Source: Azolla caroliniana
Taxonomy: Eukaryota > Plantae > Polypodiophyta
DNA length: 64,000 nucleotides
Direction: 5' to 3'
Assembly: GCA_043228905.1 (NCBI GenBank)
Contig: JBHGNT010000001.1
Location: forward strand, 17,980,001 to 18,044,000
The notes under the pieces: model-generated
Told to the model about the DNA's origin: nothing
Database searches by the model: none
What the model saw: only the letters and a program-made list of their open reading frames with translations
Shown: positions 1-12,117 of the stretch, one piece after another
How the letters are laid out: each line of letters opens with the position of its first letter
How positions within the stretch are numbered: position 1 is the first letter of the stretch
Program-made: the position numbers and the translations under genes

Positions 1-2316
1 CGAAATGGATTCGGATGAAGAAGAAGAATCGGAAGAACCGGTTACCGAAGCTCCGGAACGGAGATATCCTCTAAGAGAGAGAAGGGCCCCCCGGAGATTT
101 CCGGAACCAGAGCATGTGCTGCTAACCGACGAGGGGGAGCCGGAGAGCTTTGAAGAAGCAAAGCATGACACCCAGAGCCGCAGGTGGTTGAGTGCCATGC
201 AGGACGAGATGGATTCCCTGCATGAGAACCACACATATGAACTTGTGGAGTTGCCGAAAGGAAAACGGGCACTCCGTAACAAGTGGGTGTTCAAGCTGAA
301 ACCGGGAGATGCCGGAAACCCCCCGAGATACAAAGCCAGGATCGTGGTGAAGGGGTTTCAGCAGAAGAAGGGCGTCGACTTCGACGAGATATTTGCCCCG
401 GTAGTGAAGATGACCTCCATCCGGACGGTGCTGAGCATAGCGGCAAGCATGGACCTCGAGGTAGAACAGATGGACGTGAAGACGGCATTCCTTCACGGTG
501 ACCTCGAAGAAGAGATCTACATGCAGCAACCGGAAGGATTCGAGAAGAAAGGGAAGGAGCACCTGGTATGCCGGTTGAAGAAGAGCCTTTACGGACTGAA
601 GCAGGCTCCCCGGCAATGGTATCGGAAATTCGACTCCTTCATGACCGACGAAGGGTACCTCAAAACGCAGTCTGACCACTGCGTGTTTGTGAAGAAGTTC
701 GAAGGAGGAGACTTCCTAATACTCCTCCTGTACGTGGACGACATGTTGATCGTCGGACGGGACCAGGTCAAGATACGGATGCTGAAGAAGGCTCTTCACC
801 GAACCTTCTCAATGAAGGACTTGGGTCCGGCGAGGCAAATACTAGGGATGCATATCATCCGGGACCGGAAGAAGAAGCAGTTGTGGCTGTCACAGGAGAA
901 GTACGTGACGAAGGTGCTTCACCGGTTCAACATGTCGGAAGCAAGACCGGTCGGATCGACCCTCCCGGCAAACTGCAAGCTGTCCAACAAGCAAAGTCCC
1001 AAGACAAAGGCTGAAAAGGAGGATATGATGAAAGTGCCATATGCCTCAGCCGTCGGGAGCTTGATGTATGCCATGGTGTGTACGAGACCGGACATCGGAT
1101 ATGCAGTCGGAGTGGTGAGCCGGTACATGAGCAATCCCGGCAAAGAGCATTGGAACGCGGCCAAGTGGATACTCCGATACCTGAAGGGCACGGCAAACGT
1201 GTGCCTCCGATTCGGCTCCGGTAAGCCCGAACTCGACGGCTTTACCGATTCGGATATGTCGGCTGATGCAGATACCAGCCGGTCCACATCAGGGTATGTG
1301 ATGACGTATGCAGGGGGAGCAGTTTCGTGGCAGTCGAGGCTGCAGAAGACGGTTGCGTTGTCAACCACGGAGGCGGAGTACATGGCAGCTGTTGAAGCCG
1401 GCAAGGAAATAATATGGATGAAGGACTTCATTAGAGAGCTCGGTATCCGGCAGGAGGAGTACCGACTCTACTGCGACAGTCAGAGTGCAATCCACCTTGT
1501 GAAGAACGCGGCCTATCACTCCCGGACGAAGCACATCCAGCGAAGATATCACTGGATCCGGGAAAGGATAGAAGACAAGGAGTTCGTGCTGACGAAGATC
1601 CACACGGACGAGAACGGGTCGGATATGCTGACCAAGGTGCTCACACCCGACAAGCTGGAAGCATGCCGGAAGAGGATCGGATTGGAGAGACATCCCATGC
1701 TGAAGTGAAGGGGGAGTTTGTTGGGATTACGGTCCCTTCGGATGGGATGGTCGGATCCGGTTTCGGTTTCGGATCCGGATGACGAAGACCCCGGTTTCGG
1801 CACCGGATGACGAATGTACCCGGAGAGCGATCCGGATGCAGGGACATATCCGTGAATATGTTCGCTATGGGCCCCTGAGGCTACAGTTGTAAATAGCCCA
1901 AAGTCATATAAGTATAAATATGACTTAGGGCAAACAGTTTTATAGCTGCTGATCTTTTTCTGTTTTTCCACTTTAGAGGAGTGAAGAGAGAAAGCAGCCG
2001 TGAGAGAGAGAGAGAGAGAGAGATAGAGCGCGAGAGAGGAAGAGGTAGACGCCTCTGTGTATTTCCGCCGCCTGTGGCGAGGACAGCGAGCTCAAGGTCG
2101 TCGCCTTGCAGCTCGCCATTGTATACTTCTCTGTATAGTGTTGGTTTGGAGTCTCGTACTCCCGTGGTTTTTCCCATCTAGGGTTTTCCACGTTAATCCC
2201 TGTGTAAACGCGTCTCGTGTATTTCTTCTTTTGGTTCCTATTTTCTGCTCCATTGATCCGCGATTACTCGGTTGTGGCCGAGGGAAGAAGGTGAATCCAA
2301 GCGGTGATTCCCAACA
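1..2316 (+). mobile_element. Copia-1: 3' part of a Ty1/copia LTR retrotransposon (RT-RNaseH, PPT, 3' LTR 1719-2316)
   Basis: ORF 5-1708 with RT motifs (QMDVKTAFLHG, YVDD) and RNaseH. PPT GAAGGGGGAG precedes TGTTGGG at 1719; the LTR ends CCCAACA at 2316. Same family as Copia-6. Confidence 0.95.
5..1708 (+). CDS. copia pol C-terminal part (RT + RNase H), open to its natural stop; 5' part outside the window
   Basis: 567-aa uninterrupted ORF, nearly identical to the Copia-6 pol. Confidence 0.93.
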   Translation: MDSDEEEESEEPVTEAPERRYPLRERRAPRRFPEPEHVLLTDEGEPESFEEAKHDTQSRRWLSAMQDEMDSLHENHTYELVELPKGKRALRNKWVFKLKPGDAGNPPRYKARIVVKGFQQKKGVDFDEIFAPVVKMTSIRTVLSIAASMDLEVEQMDVKTAFLHGDLEEEIYMQQPEGFEKKGKEHLVCRLKKSLYGLKQAPRQWYRKFDSFMTDEGYLKTQSDHCVFVKKFEGGDFLILLLYVDDMLIVGRDQVKIRMLKKALHRTFSMKDLGPARQILGMHIIRDRKKKQLWLSQEKYVTKVLHRFNMSEARPVGSTLPANCKLSNKQSPKTKAEKEDMMKVPYASAVGSLMYAMVCTRPDIGYAVGVVSRYMSNPGKEHWNAAKWILRYLKGTANVCLRFGSGKPELDGFTDSDMSADADTSRSTSGYVMTYAGGAVSWQSRLQKTVALSTTEAEYMAAVEAGKEIIWMKDFIRELGIRQEEYRLYCDSQSAIHLVKNAAYHSRTKHIQRRYHWIRERIEDKEFVLTKIHTDENGSDMLTKVLTPDKLEACRKRIGLERHPMLK

Positions 2317-3245
2317 CGGTTTCGTTCGGTGGGGAATGGAAGTCGGTGTTGCTTCCCGAGTTGACAGGCTTCACATATTTGGGCCTTCCGACCACTAAAC
2401 TTCAGCAATCCGAACACAACTTATTTCGATTGCAGATCTTGAAGCCTTCGGTAGTTGACGTGGCCGATCCGCTTATGCCAAAGATTGATGTCTGATACAA
2501 TCTTCTGTCCTTTGGCAAACATGGCAGTGCCGACGTCATTTGTATTGAGGATGAACATCCTCCCTTCTTCGCGCCCTTGCGCGATTATCCGGCCTTCTTC
2601 CTCGATGAAGCACCCGAGGTGCGTAAACCGCACCTACATTCCCTGGTCGATGATTTGTCCGACCGACATCAGGTTCTTTGTGATTTTTGGAACGTGTAGT
2701 GCGTTTATCAGCTTTCCCTTTTGTCCAACATGGCTTAAAGGGACTTCTCCGACATGCACAATCAGGTGAGGGGTGTCTTCTCTGATTTCGTCGATTCCCG
2801 GTTGTTTCGGTTTCTCCAAAAACGAGAACCACTCTTCGTGGCTCGTCATGTGGTTTGACGCTCCAGAATTAACATACCATACTTCCTCTGATCCGGAAGT
2901 GGTCTTTTTCATCGAGTTCGCCTTGTGTTTCATTAGGAAGACTGGCCCTCTTCCGGTCTTCCCGGTTTTGGATCTTTCGATCCTTCTACGTAGTGCGAGC
3001 TTTGCCAGTTCCCTTGTCCAGCCTTCCCGGATCCAGATTTATCCAAATCAGCACGCTTCTTCCAATACTCGCCCTCTCTATGGCCTTTGTTGCCACAGTA
3101 CCAACATTCTGTGTCAATTTTCGAGTGCCGATTTCCGGCTCCGACTTGACTCCCCTTGCTTGTGGAGGGTCCAAAACTGCTCTCGGCACCGTCTCTGTGC
3201 CTTTGATTCTGCTCTTGCCAGCCGCTTCCATGTGGCAATGGTGGC
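2317..3245 (-). mobile_element. Copia-2 fragment: degenerate gag zinc knuckle, protease and integrase N-terminus; host of Copia-1
   Basis: CWYCGNKGHREGEY, WYVNSGASNHM and LWHKRIGHVN motifs with stops; homologous to Copia-10. Interrupted at QHRLPFPTERNR by the Copia-1 3' LTR. Confidence 0.85.
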
Positions 3246-6200
3246 GTCCACTTCCGTGCTTGACAAAGCTACGGTTGACTGCTTTTTGTTGTTCCATGCA
3301 ACAGTCGTGCTACCAAGAGAAAACATGTATCTGGAGGTGGACCGGAGATCCGATGCATCACCAGCCCAGTCGGCATCTGTATATCTGACTAGCTTTTCAG
3401 TTATATCCTATCGGTATAACCGACCCTTATCCCTAGTGCCACTAACATACCGGAGTATCCGGTGTGCACATTGGAGGTGCTCCACGGTCAGCTTCTGCAT
3501 GAATTGGCTAATCACTCAGACCGGATAACTGATGTCGGGTCGGGTGATAGTTAAGTTGATAAGGCGTCTGATAATTTGTTGGAATCATTTCTCATTGCAG
3601 GCTGGTCCGGACTCCATGGTTGTTAGGTACGTTATATATAGTACGAATACCATACGTATAACGTGTTAATACACGTATAGTACCTCCCAATTTAAAAAAA
3701 TGTTAAATAGGTTTTTTTAATATGTTAAATACTTATAAAATACGTAAAGTACGTATTTTACGTATAGTACATTAAATACTTCTAGAATTTGAAAATTATT
3801 TACCTTTCTAAAATTTGTAATATTGTAAAAAGCATCTATGTTTACACAATTTTGTGATGTACATTATAATTCTACATCCTAAAAGGCATATAAGACATTT
3901 GAACATTTCACATCCTAAAATACTTATAATATGGATGTAGACATTCACTTATTCTATAAATCAGTGTAAGTGTGTATCACGATGTTTTACTTCAAATTGT
4001 AATTATTTACGATTATGCCTTCATAGATTTAGGAATCGTCTATGATTATCACACTCAGGATAGGTTTCTCTCTTCTTTTCTATCTTCTTCATCATCTTCT
4101 TGTTCTTCTATCTTCTATGATTATCACACTCAGAGTCAGCACAAGTTTCTGTCTTCATTTCTCTCTTTTTCTTCTTTTCCTTCTTCTTCTTCGTCGTCAT
4201 CTCTTCTGTTCTTCTTTCTTACTTCTTTTTGCTTCTTGCGTAGCTCTTTGGCTCATGCACTTCCACCACTTTCGTCATGTACACATAGTGATGCACCATG
4301 TACTCATTGTACCATACCTTTTGACGGGGTTCTTCTGCCAGGTCGATCGCCGTATCTTCGCGTTCACCGATTGCAAGGCCCTCTTGGCCAACTCAAACTT
4401 TGTTCCCGAAGGTCTGTCTTCGTTCTTTCCAGAGTCGTATTCACTCTAATCTAACTCGTCTCTATCGGTGTCATACTCCGACATCTTCTTTTTCCCCTTT
4501 TCCTTGCATGCGAATCGTCTCGTTGGTTTCTTACGCGGGGAGAGCACAGCCGAGTCGTCGCTACTCACTAGCTCATCATCTTGCTAGTCCTTCCGACTCA
4601 ACGCTTCATTCGACCGACTCAGCTGAAATGAGATCAGACTCTCATCTAGAGTACCGAATTCTTCTTCTTCTTCTGCCCGGATCGTTTTGGTCTCACTGGC
4701 CTCATCCTCTGGAATCGGGTCGAAGTCGGACATCGCAACTGGAAGAGAGTACCATGATGTTGACTCATCAAATTCGACATCTCGGCTCACTCGAACTTGT
4801 TTTGTCTGGGGTTTATAGCACTTATACCCCTTCTGCTCATGAGAGTAGCCGACTAGTATGCATCTCTCCGACTTTGGGTCCAGCTTCCGCCACTTCTCAT
4901 TCGGTACATGCACATAAGCTATGCTACCAAATATCCTAAGGTGCCTCAAGTTCAGTTTCTGCCCGAAATACAGCTTGTGTGCTGACACCTTATCCACAAT
5001 CCGGTTTTGGATGTAGACAGTCACTCGAACCGCCGCAACCCATTAAAACACGGGCATACTCTTCTCCTCCAACATTGCCCTTGCCGCATTGACAATCGAC
5101 CGGTTCTTTCTTTCGGCCACACCGTTTTGTTCCGGTGTGTATCTGCAACTGAATCCTCTCTGAATTCCCATTTGTTGCATATAACTGTTAAATTGGCTAG
5201 AAAAATATTCTTTTCCGTCATCTGACCGTAGGTACTTGATCTTCCTTTCTGTTTCTCATTCAACTAGACTTTGCAAGTTCTGGAAACAGTCGAAAACTTC
5301 ACTTTTCCTTTCAATCAGGTATATCCATGCGTGCCGGCTGTAGTCGTCGATGAAGGAGACGAAATATCGGCTCCCACCAAGACTAACGTTTTGTGCCGGT
5401 TCCCATACATCTGAATGTATTAGATCAAGCTTGTTACGGCTCCAATTCCTTTCAGTGGGGAAGGGAAGTCGGTGTTGCTTGTTGAGTTGGTAGGCTTCAC
5501 AAATTTGGGCCTTCCGTCCAATAAATTTTGACAATCCGAAAACAACTTGTTTCAATTGCATGTCCTGAAGCCTCCGGTAGTTGACGTGGCCGATCCACTT
5601 GTGTTAGAGATCGATGGCTGATTCGATCTTCTATCCTTTTGCGAACATAGCGGTGCCGACGTCGTTGGTGTAGAGGATGAACAGCTTCCCGTCCCTGCGC
5701 CCTTGCGCGATTATCCGACCGTCTTCCTCTATGAAGCACCCGAGGTGCGAGAACCGCACCTACATCACCTACTCAACGATCTCATGGACCGACAATAGGT
5801 TCTTTGTAATTGTCAAAACATGTAGCACGTTCATCAGCTTTCCCTTTTGTCTGACATGGCTTAAAGGGACTTCTCTAACATGCACGATCGGGTGAGTAGT
5901 GTCGTCTCCGGTTTCGACAACTCCCAATTGCTCCTGCTCTTCCAGAAACGAGAACCACTCTTTGTGGCTCGTCATGTGGTTAGATGCTCCAGAGTCAACA
6001 TACCATACCTCCTACAATCTAGAAGTGGTCTTCTTCATTGAGTTCGCCTTGTGCTTCATCACGAAGGTTAGCCATTGTCCAGTCTTTCTGGATCTGGATC
6101 CTTCTGATCCTTCGACGTAGTGCGAGCATTGCTGGTTCCCTTGTCCGGCCTTGCCAGATCTAGATTTTTCCGAATCGACACACTTCTTCTAGCACTCGCT

Positions 6201-7446
6201 TTCTCAGTGGCCTTTATTGCCACAATACCAGCATTCCATGTCAGCCTTTCCTTGCCCGTTTACGGTGCCGCTTTGACTCCCCCTACTTGTGGAGGGTCCA
6301 GAACTGATATCGGCACTATCTCTGTGCCTCCGATTCTACTCTTGTCGGCCGCCTGCATTGCGTGCCGATCCACCTCATCCTCCATGCCCATGGGTCCGAT
6401 CCACCTCCGTGTACAACATCCGGTTGTCCCATTGATTGGTCCTTGACCCACTCGCGTGGTTTTCTTTGACCATGAGCATCAATTGCAGGTCGAAGAAGGA
6501 TGGTGGTTTCTCCCGAGTGAGGATTGCGGTACGGATGGGCCCATACCTTTGAACCAGACTACCGAGGCAGATTTGCACCATTTCGTCCTTGTCTATCGTG
6601 ACATTAGTGGACCCTAATACGTCGCAAATCTCCTTTATCTTCGTAGTGTAGTTTGAAACTAACATATCCTTTTGTCAAATATTTGTTTAGTTCTTGCCAA
6701 AGTTGTAGCTTGCGGGTTGAGGTACTTGCAACAAAAATCTTTTTCAAATTTTCCTAGGCCTATTTTGGCGTCTTAGCATCTCTAATGTAGTCGATCATCT
6801 GGTCGTGCATGGAGGACGCAAGGCAGTATAGAACTCTGCTTGCTCCTTGTTCCCATACCGGGAACTCCTTTTGTGACGATTATGGCACTATTTCATTTGC
6901 ACCCTCAACATAACTCTGTCCATAGCTCTGTCCATCTTTCGCTCTTTACCGGGTGTTAGGGTTTGTCTTGTGCGATTGCTCGTCGGCTACGGAGGTTCTC
7001 AACCCTTGTGCTCTGATACCATGTCAAAGTTAATACGCGGAAGCTTTGACAAACCGGTTTATCTGGATAGCAACATAAGATAGAGAATGAAGGTTTAATG
7101 GAAGCTTACGAACAGAGAATACACAGGAGAGACAGAGAGAGCAAAAAAGCATAAACTCAATTCAAAATAATAACACTCTATACATAGGATGTGCTCAATG
7201 AGCACTCTTTATACAAGTCCACAAGGGACCGACAGAAGTACTATGTACTTCAATGCTCATACGAGTGGCTGACACTAACTACGAGGACCATGACTACATA
7301 GTAGTCTAGAAGCATAGACCTCTAAACGGCCTACCGGTACACACGTGGGTCCGGCTCCCTGATTCTGATCCAGCTCCTAGTTTCGGATACCATCCAAACA
7401 CCGATCCAGATACAATCTAGATCCTGTTGAGCTTGCTCGCTCAACA
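3246..7446 (-). mobile_element. Copia-3: degenerate copia with 5' LTR 7022-7446, tRNA-iMet PBS, gag, PR and INT; most of RT replaced; 3' end deleted
   Basis: GCTCTGATACCA at 7010-7021 (PBS on minus). LTR end TGTTGAGCTTGCTCGCTCAACA matches the Copia-10 LTR start. Fragmented gag/INT ORFs; RT-end/RNaseH at 3246-3614. Confidence 0.85.
3615..4230. mobile_element. AT-rich insertion, possibly one end of a hAT-like DNA transposon
   Basis: Begins CATGGTTGTTAGGTACG, has clustered TACGTA/GTAC subterminal motifs and an acidic low-complexity tail on the minus strand. No second TIR seen. Confidence 0.4.
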
Positions 7447-8302
7447 CGGCCACAATACCAACATTCCGTTGAGGTCTTCTCTTGCCGGTTTCCAACACCA
7501 CTTTGACTCCCCTGTTTCCTGAGGGTCCGGAATTGTTGTTGGCACCATCTTTCTGCCTCCGATTCTGCTCTTGTCAACGACCACGGGGTTGATCCGCCTC
7601 CGTGTACAACATCTTGTTGTCAGTGTGCATGCACATTGACGCTCTACGTGGTTCTCCTGTACTAGGAGCATCGACTGTAAATCGAAAAACGATGGCGTAT
7701 TCTCCCTTGTACAGACCGCCATCCGGAATGCTTCGACCTTTGACGCCAGGCCCCCGAGACAAACCTGCACCATCTCAGCTTCCTCAACGATTACATTGAT
7801 AGAGTCAAGTGAGTCGCAAATGTCTTTGATCTAGATCGTATAGTCGGCCACCAACATGTTCTTCTGTCAGACATTTGCTCAACTCCTGTCAGAGTTGTAG
7901 CTTCCGTCGTGGTGTTTGCGACGAAGACCTTCTTCAAGTTTCCGCAAGCTTCCTTCGGCGTCTTGGCGTCCCAGATATGGTTCAGCAGTTGATCGCCGAC
8001 ACTGGATGCAACACAATACATAACTCAGCTTGCCACTTGTTCCCAAGTCGGGAAGTCCCTGTGTGTCGCATCAGGTGCCGTATCGTCAGCTCCGTCGACA
8101 TAACTCCAATAGCCATGCCCAAGCAGGTACTAGTGCATCTTGTACAACCGACATGCATAGTTGGATCTGTCGAGCTTCTCCGTCGGAGCGAGCTAGCCAT
8201 TCCTCGGTCCATATTCTTTTTCTGTCTGTGTCTTTACCAAGTGTTAGGGTTTGTCTTCAGATAAATGCTTGTTGGTTGCAGAGGTTCTCAACCCTCATGC
8301 TC
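7447..8302 (-). mobile_element. Copia-4: gag fragment (its 5' LTR remnant lies at 22108-22217)
   Basis: Gag motifs (FFDLQSMLL, STECWYCG). The leader ends in a half PBS (ATGCTC) at 8302. Confidence 0.8.
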
Positions 8303-8347
8303 CAATGTTTAATCTACACTACATAAAGTTGGATTTAGTACACGGAT

Positions 8348-8418
8348 GCATATGTAGTTCAATTGGCAGGGTTCCTAATAGAGACCATGAGGTCTTGGGT
8401 TCAATCCCTACCTTCCTC
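8348..8418 (+). promoter_or_regulatory. tRNA-derived A-box/B-box sequence inside the chromovirus 3' LTR (second copy at 22016-22087)
   Basis: TAGTTCAATTGGCAG ... AGGTC TTGGGTTCAATCCC with tRNA-like spacing; the acceptor stem does not pair. Confidence 0.6.
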
Positions 8419-11400
8419 TGTGGCATATGTTTATGACATTATCCTCCCTCTAAGACCATCTCCTAACACCCACAACCAGTTTATGAGGGTATTGTTCATG
8501 AAAAGCGTGAATTACCTCCGATGCATTTTTGTAAATTTGTAACTGGTTCCCATGTGGCATTCGAAAGAGGGTAACCTTTCCATAAGACCAAGTATTGAAG
8601 TCTTCGGTGATGCAAGCAGGAGTCGAGGGTCCCGTCAACCTCGTACTCCTCACCTGTCGATAATTCCGACAGAGGAGGTTGTGGTCCCGGAAAGCGAAAA
8701 GGATGGTAGGGTTCAAGGAGAGAGACGTGGAAAACATTGTGAAGCCAACATGTGGGGGGAAGCGCTAACCGGTAGGTGTTTAGGTTAACACGCTCAAGGA
8801 TATGGAAGGGGCCTAGCTTTCTGTACTCGAGCTTCGCGCAGGGACGGGTGGTTGCGATGTGGCGACGTAGCAACCAAACCATGTCACTGACTGCGAAGGT
8901 CAGCGCGACCAAGCGATGTCAGTCAACGCGAGCTTTATATTGTTTGCTAGTGGCACAGAACTTGAGGGAGAGGTCACGATGGACATCTTGTAAGGTGTGG
9001 GCATGCCTCTCGGCCGACAGATTTACGGAAGTCTCCGGAATGGAAATGCTTAAATGAGGTTGGAAACCGTAGTTTGCAAAGAATGGGGAAACCTTAGTTG
9101 AGGCATGGATACTATTATTGTAGGCAAATTCCACCATGGCAAGGAATTCCACCCAATCATCTTGTTGGTAGATGATTGTACACCAGAGGTATTGTTCGAG
9201 GATTTGGCTGACTCTTTCGGTTTGGCCATCAATTTGAGGGTGGTGCGCGGTTGACAAGTTCATAGAAGTCCCGAATGTCTATAGAAGTCGGTGCCAGAAG
9301 TGGGAGATAAATTGAGGACCCCGATCAGAAGTGAATCCTCAGGGAAGCCGTGTAATTGGACGACATTTTTCAGAAAAAGGTCAGTCGTCTCCTCCCCGAA
9401 ATGGTTTTCGAACATGGGACAAAGTGAGCCATGTTCAAAAACCGATCGACGACCACTAGCACCGTGTCATGTTCATGACCCGAGGAAGGTCAGTGATAAA
9501 GTCTATGGAGAGAGATGCCCAAGGTCAACGGGGAATTGGAAGTGGGTGTAGAAGGTCATATGGGTGATGGTGAGCCGCTTTGGAGCGAGCACAAATGTCA
9601 CAAGTTTTGATAAATTCTTTGACCAATTTCCAAGGTTGGGGCCACCAAAACCCCCAAGACAGCAACGCCAGCTCGCGACCGCAAAGTGTCTGACAAGGGG
9701 ATCATTGTGGCAAGTTTGTAGTACTCGGATGCGACATCTGCTAGCTAGTACGTAAAGGAGGTGATTACGATAGAGTAGCCCATCCTGAGTTGTAAAGTGA
9801 CTAAGATCCGAGCTTTGCATTTCTTGGGATGGGTTGTTGAGGCACGCCATGATGTCAATAGCGAAAGGGTCCGACGTGGTTGCTTGGGCGATCTCGTTGA
9901 GCAAGGAATCATCATGCAACATATAGGTTGTGAACATGTGCAGTTGATCGGGCCGCAATAAACAATGTGGTTGCTGAGAATATGTGTCGTCACTTGAGCG
10001 TAGTGCAAAGTCAAGTCACTGAGAGAGAGCATCCGCTTTCCCATGTTGAACGCGGGGTCGAAACAAGATTTCGAAGTCGTAGTTAGCCAGAAAAGATGAC
10101 CAACGAGCCTGCCTCCGATTCAACATATGAGTGGTGGTCAAGTAGATGAGATTCTTGTGGTCGCTCAGCCCCTGAATACGATGTTGGGCCCTAGCCAGAT
10201 AGGGTCGCCATTTGGCGAAGGCTGAGATGGTAACTGCAAGCTCCTTGTCGTAGACTAGATAATTGATTTCTGACAGGAACTACACGCTCCCGATGAACAA
10301 CGCTCGGCCACAACCGAGCTTAGAATCAAAACACAAAAAAGAACGGGAATGAATGCACGACACAATGGAGAAAAGAGAACACAGGATGTTAACGTGGAAA
10401 ACCCAAACTAGGGAAAAAACCATGGCAGCCCACAGACTGCAAACTATCACTATGTCAAAATGTACAAATGGTAAAGCACCAAAGCAACGACCTCAAGCTT
10501 TCTATCTTCGCCACAAGCGGCGGTTACAACAGAGGCAACAACCTCTTCCTCTCTCTCCCTCTCCCTGTACACAGTTACACGCTAAGTCATATTTATACTA
10601 ATATGACTTTTCGGCTATTTACAAATATAGTCCGAATGGACTCTCAGAAAACATATTTACGAATATGTCCCTTCATCCGGTGAGCACTCCTCACCGGGCC
10701 TTCACCATCCGGCTCTAGTCGGGTACTCCTCATCCGGTTCTCACCGGGTCTTCTGTAGCCGGGTACTCGTCATCCGGCGCTTGTCGGGTACACCACATTC
10801 GGTTCTCACCGGGTCTTCCGTTGCCGGGTACTTGTCATCCGGCTCTCACCGAGTCTCCCGTAGCCGGGTACTCCACATCCGGTTCTCACCGGGTCTCCCG
10901 TAGCCGGGTACTTTGGTCAGCATATCTGACCCGTTCTCGGTCGTTTGCTCATCAGTATTGTTCTTCTCACTTCCCATCCGGAGGGACCTGTTTCCTAACA
11001 AACTCCCCCTTCACTCCGGCATGGGATGTCTTACTAGTCCGATCCGCTTCCGGCATGCATCCAGCTTGTCGGGTATCAGTACTTTGGTCAGCATATCTGA
11101 CCCGTTCTCGGCCGTGTGGATCTTTGTGAGTGCGAACTCCTGGTCATCTACTCTTTCCCGGATCCAGTGATACCTACGCTGGATATGCTTCGTCTGGGAA
11201 TGGTAGGCCGCATTCTTAGCAAGGTGGATGGCACTTTGACTGTCGCAATAGAGCCGGTATTCATCTTGCCAGATACCGAGCTCTCCGATGAAGTCCTTCA
11301 TCCATAATATTTCCTTGCCGGCTTCCACAGCCGCCATGTACTCCACCTCCGTGGTTGACAACACAACCGTCTTCTGCAACCTCGACTGCCACAAAACAGC

Positions 11401-12117
11401 TCCCCCTGCATATGTCATTACATACCCGGATGTAGACCGGCTGCTATCCACATCAGCCGACATGTCCGAATCGGTAAAACCGTCAAGTTGAGGTTTTCCG
11501 GAGCCGAATTGGAGACACATATTTGAAGTGCCCTTCAAGTACCGGAGTATCCATTTGACCGCGTTCCAATGCTCCTTGCCGGGATTGCTCATAAACCGGC
11601 TCACCACTCCGACTGCGTATCCAATATCTGGTCGAGTACACACCATTGCGTGGAGCTCTTTGAAGACAGATAGCACCTGATCCTTCGTCTTCAACAGTGT
11701 GGCCCACAGCTTCCGGTTGTAGTCATCTATGAACGTCACGAAGTACTGCGATCCGGCATGTGACTTCGTATCCACTTGACATACATCAATATGCACCAAC
11801 TCCAGTGGTGCATTACGTCTCATTGGTGGCCTCGATTGGAAGGAGGTCCGGTTCTGTTTACCGGCCAGACAATCAGTGCACTTCTCCAAGTGCATGTTCT
11901 TCATTGGAATGAGGTTGTCCTTTGCAAGCCTCTTCATCCTCTTCTCGCTCATGTGGCACAGTCTCTTGTGCCACAGCTCACCGGCAATGTCGAATGCCAC
12001 ATTCACTTCTTCCGGGCATAACCAGGCATTCATCAGGTACAGAGTGTTTACCTTCCGGGCCCGAACCACAATCAAGCTCCCTTTGTTGAACTTCATAACA
12101 TCGTTTCGGATGCTACC

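Noticed and set aside
42-1693. Many antisense and alternative-frame ORFs over TE coding regions (also throughout the window)
   Set aside because: They are shadow ORFs of GC-rich pol sequence with no recognisable motifs.
8348-8418. Functional tRNA gene
   Set aside because: The acceptor and anticodon stems do not pair, and there is no T-run terminator; kept only as tRNA-derived boxes.
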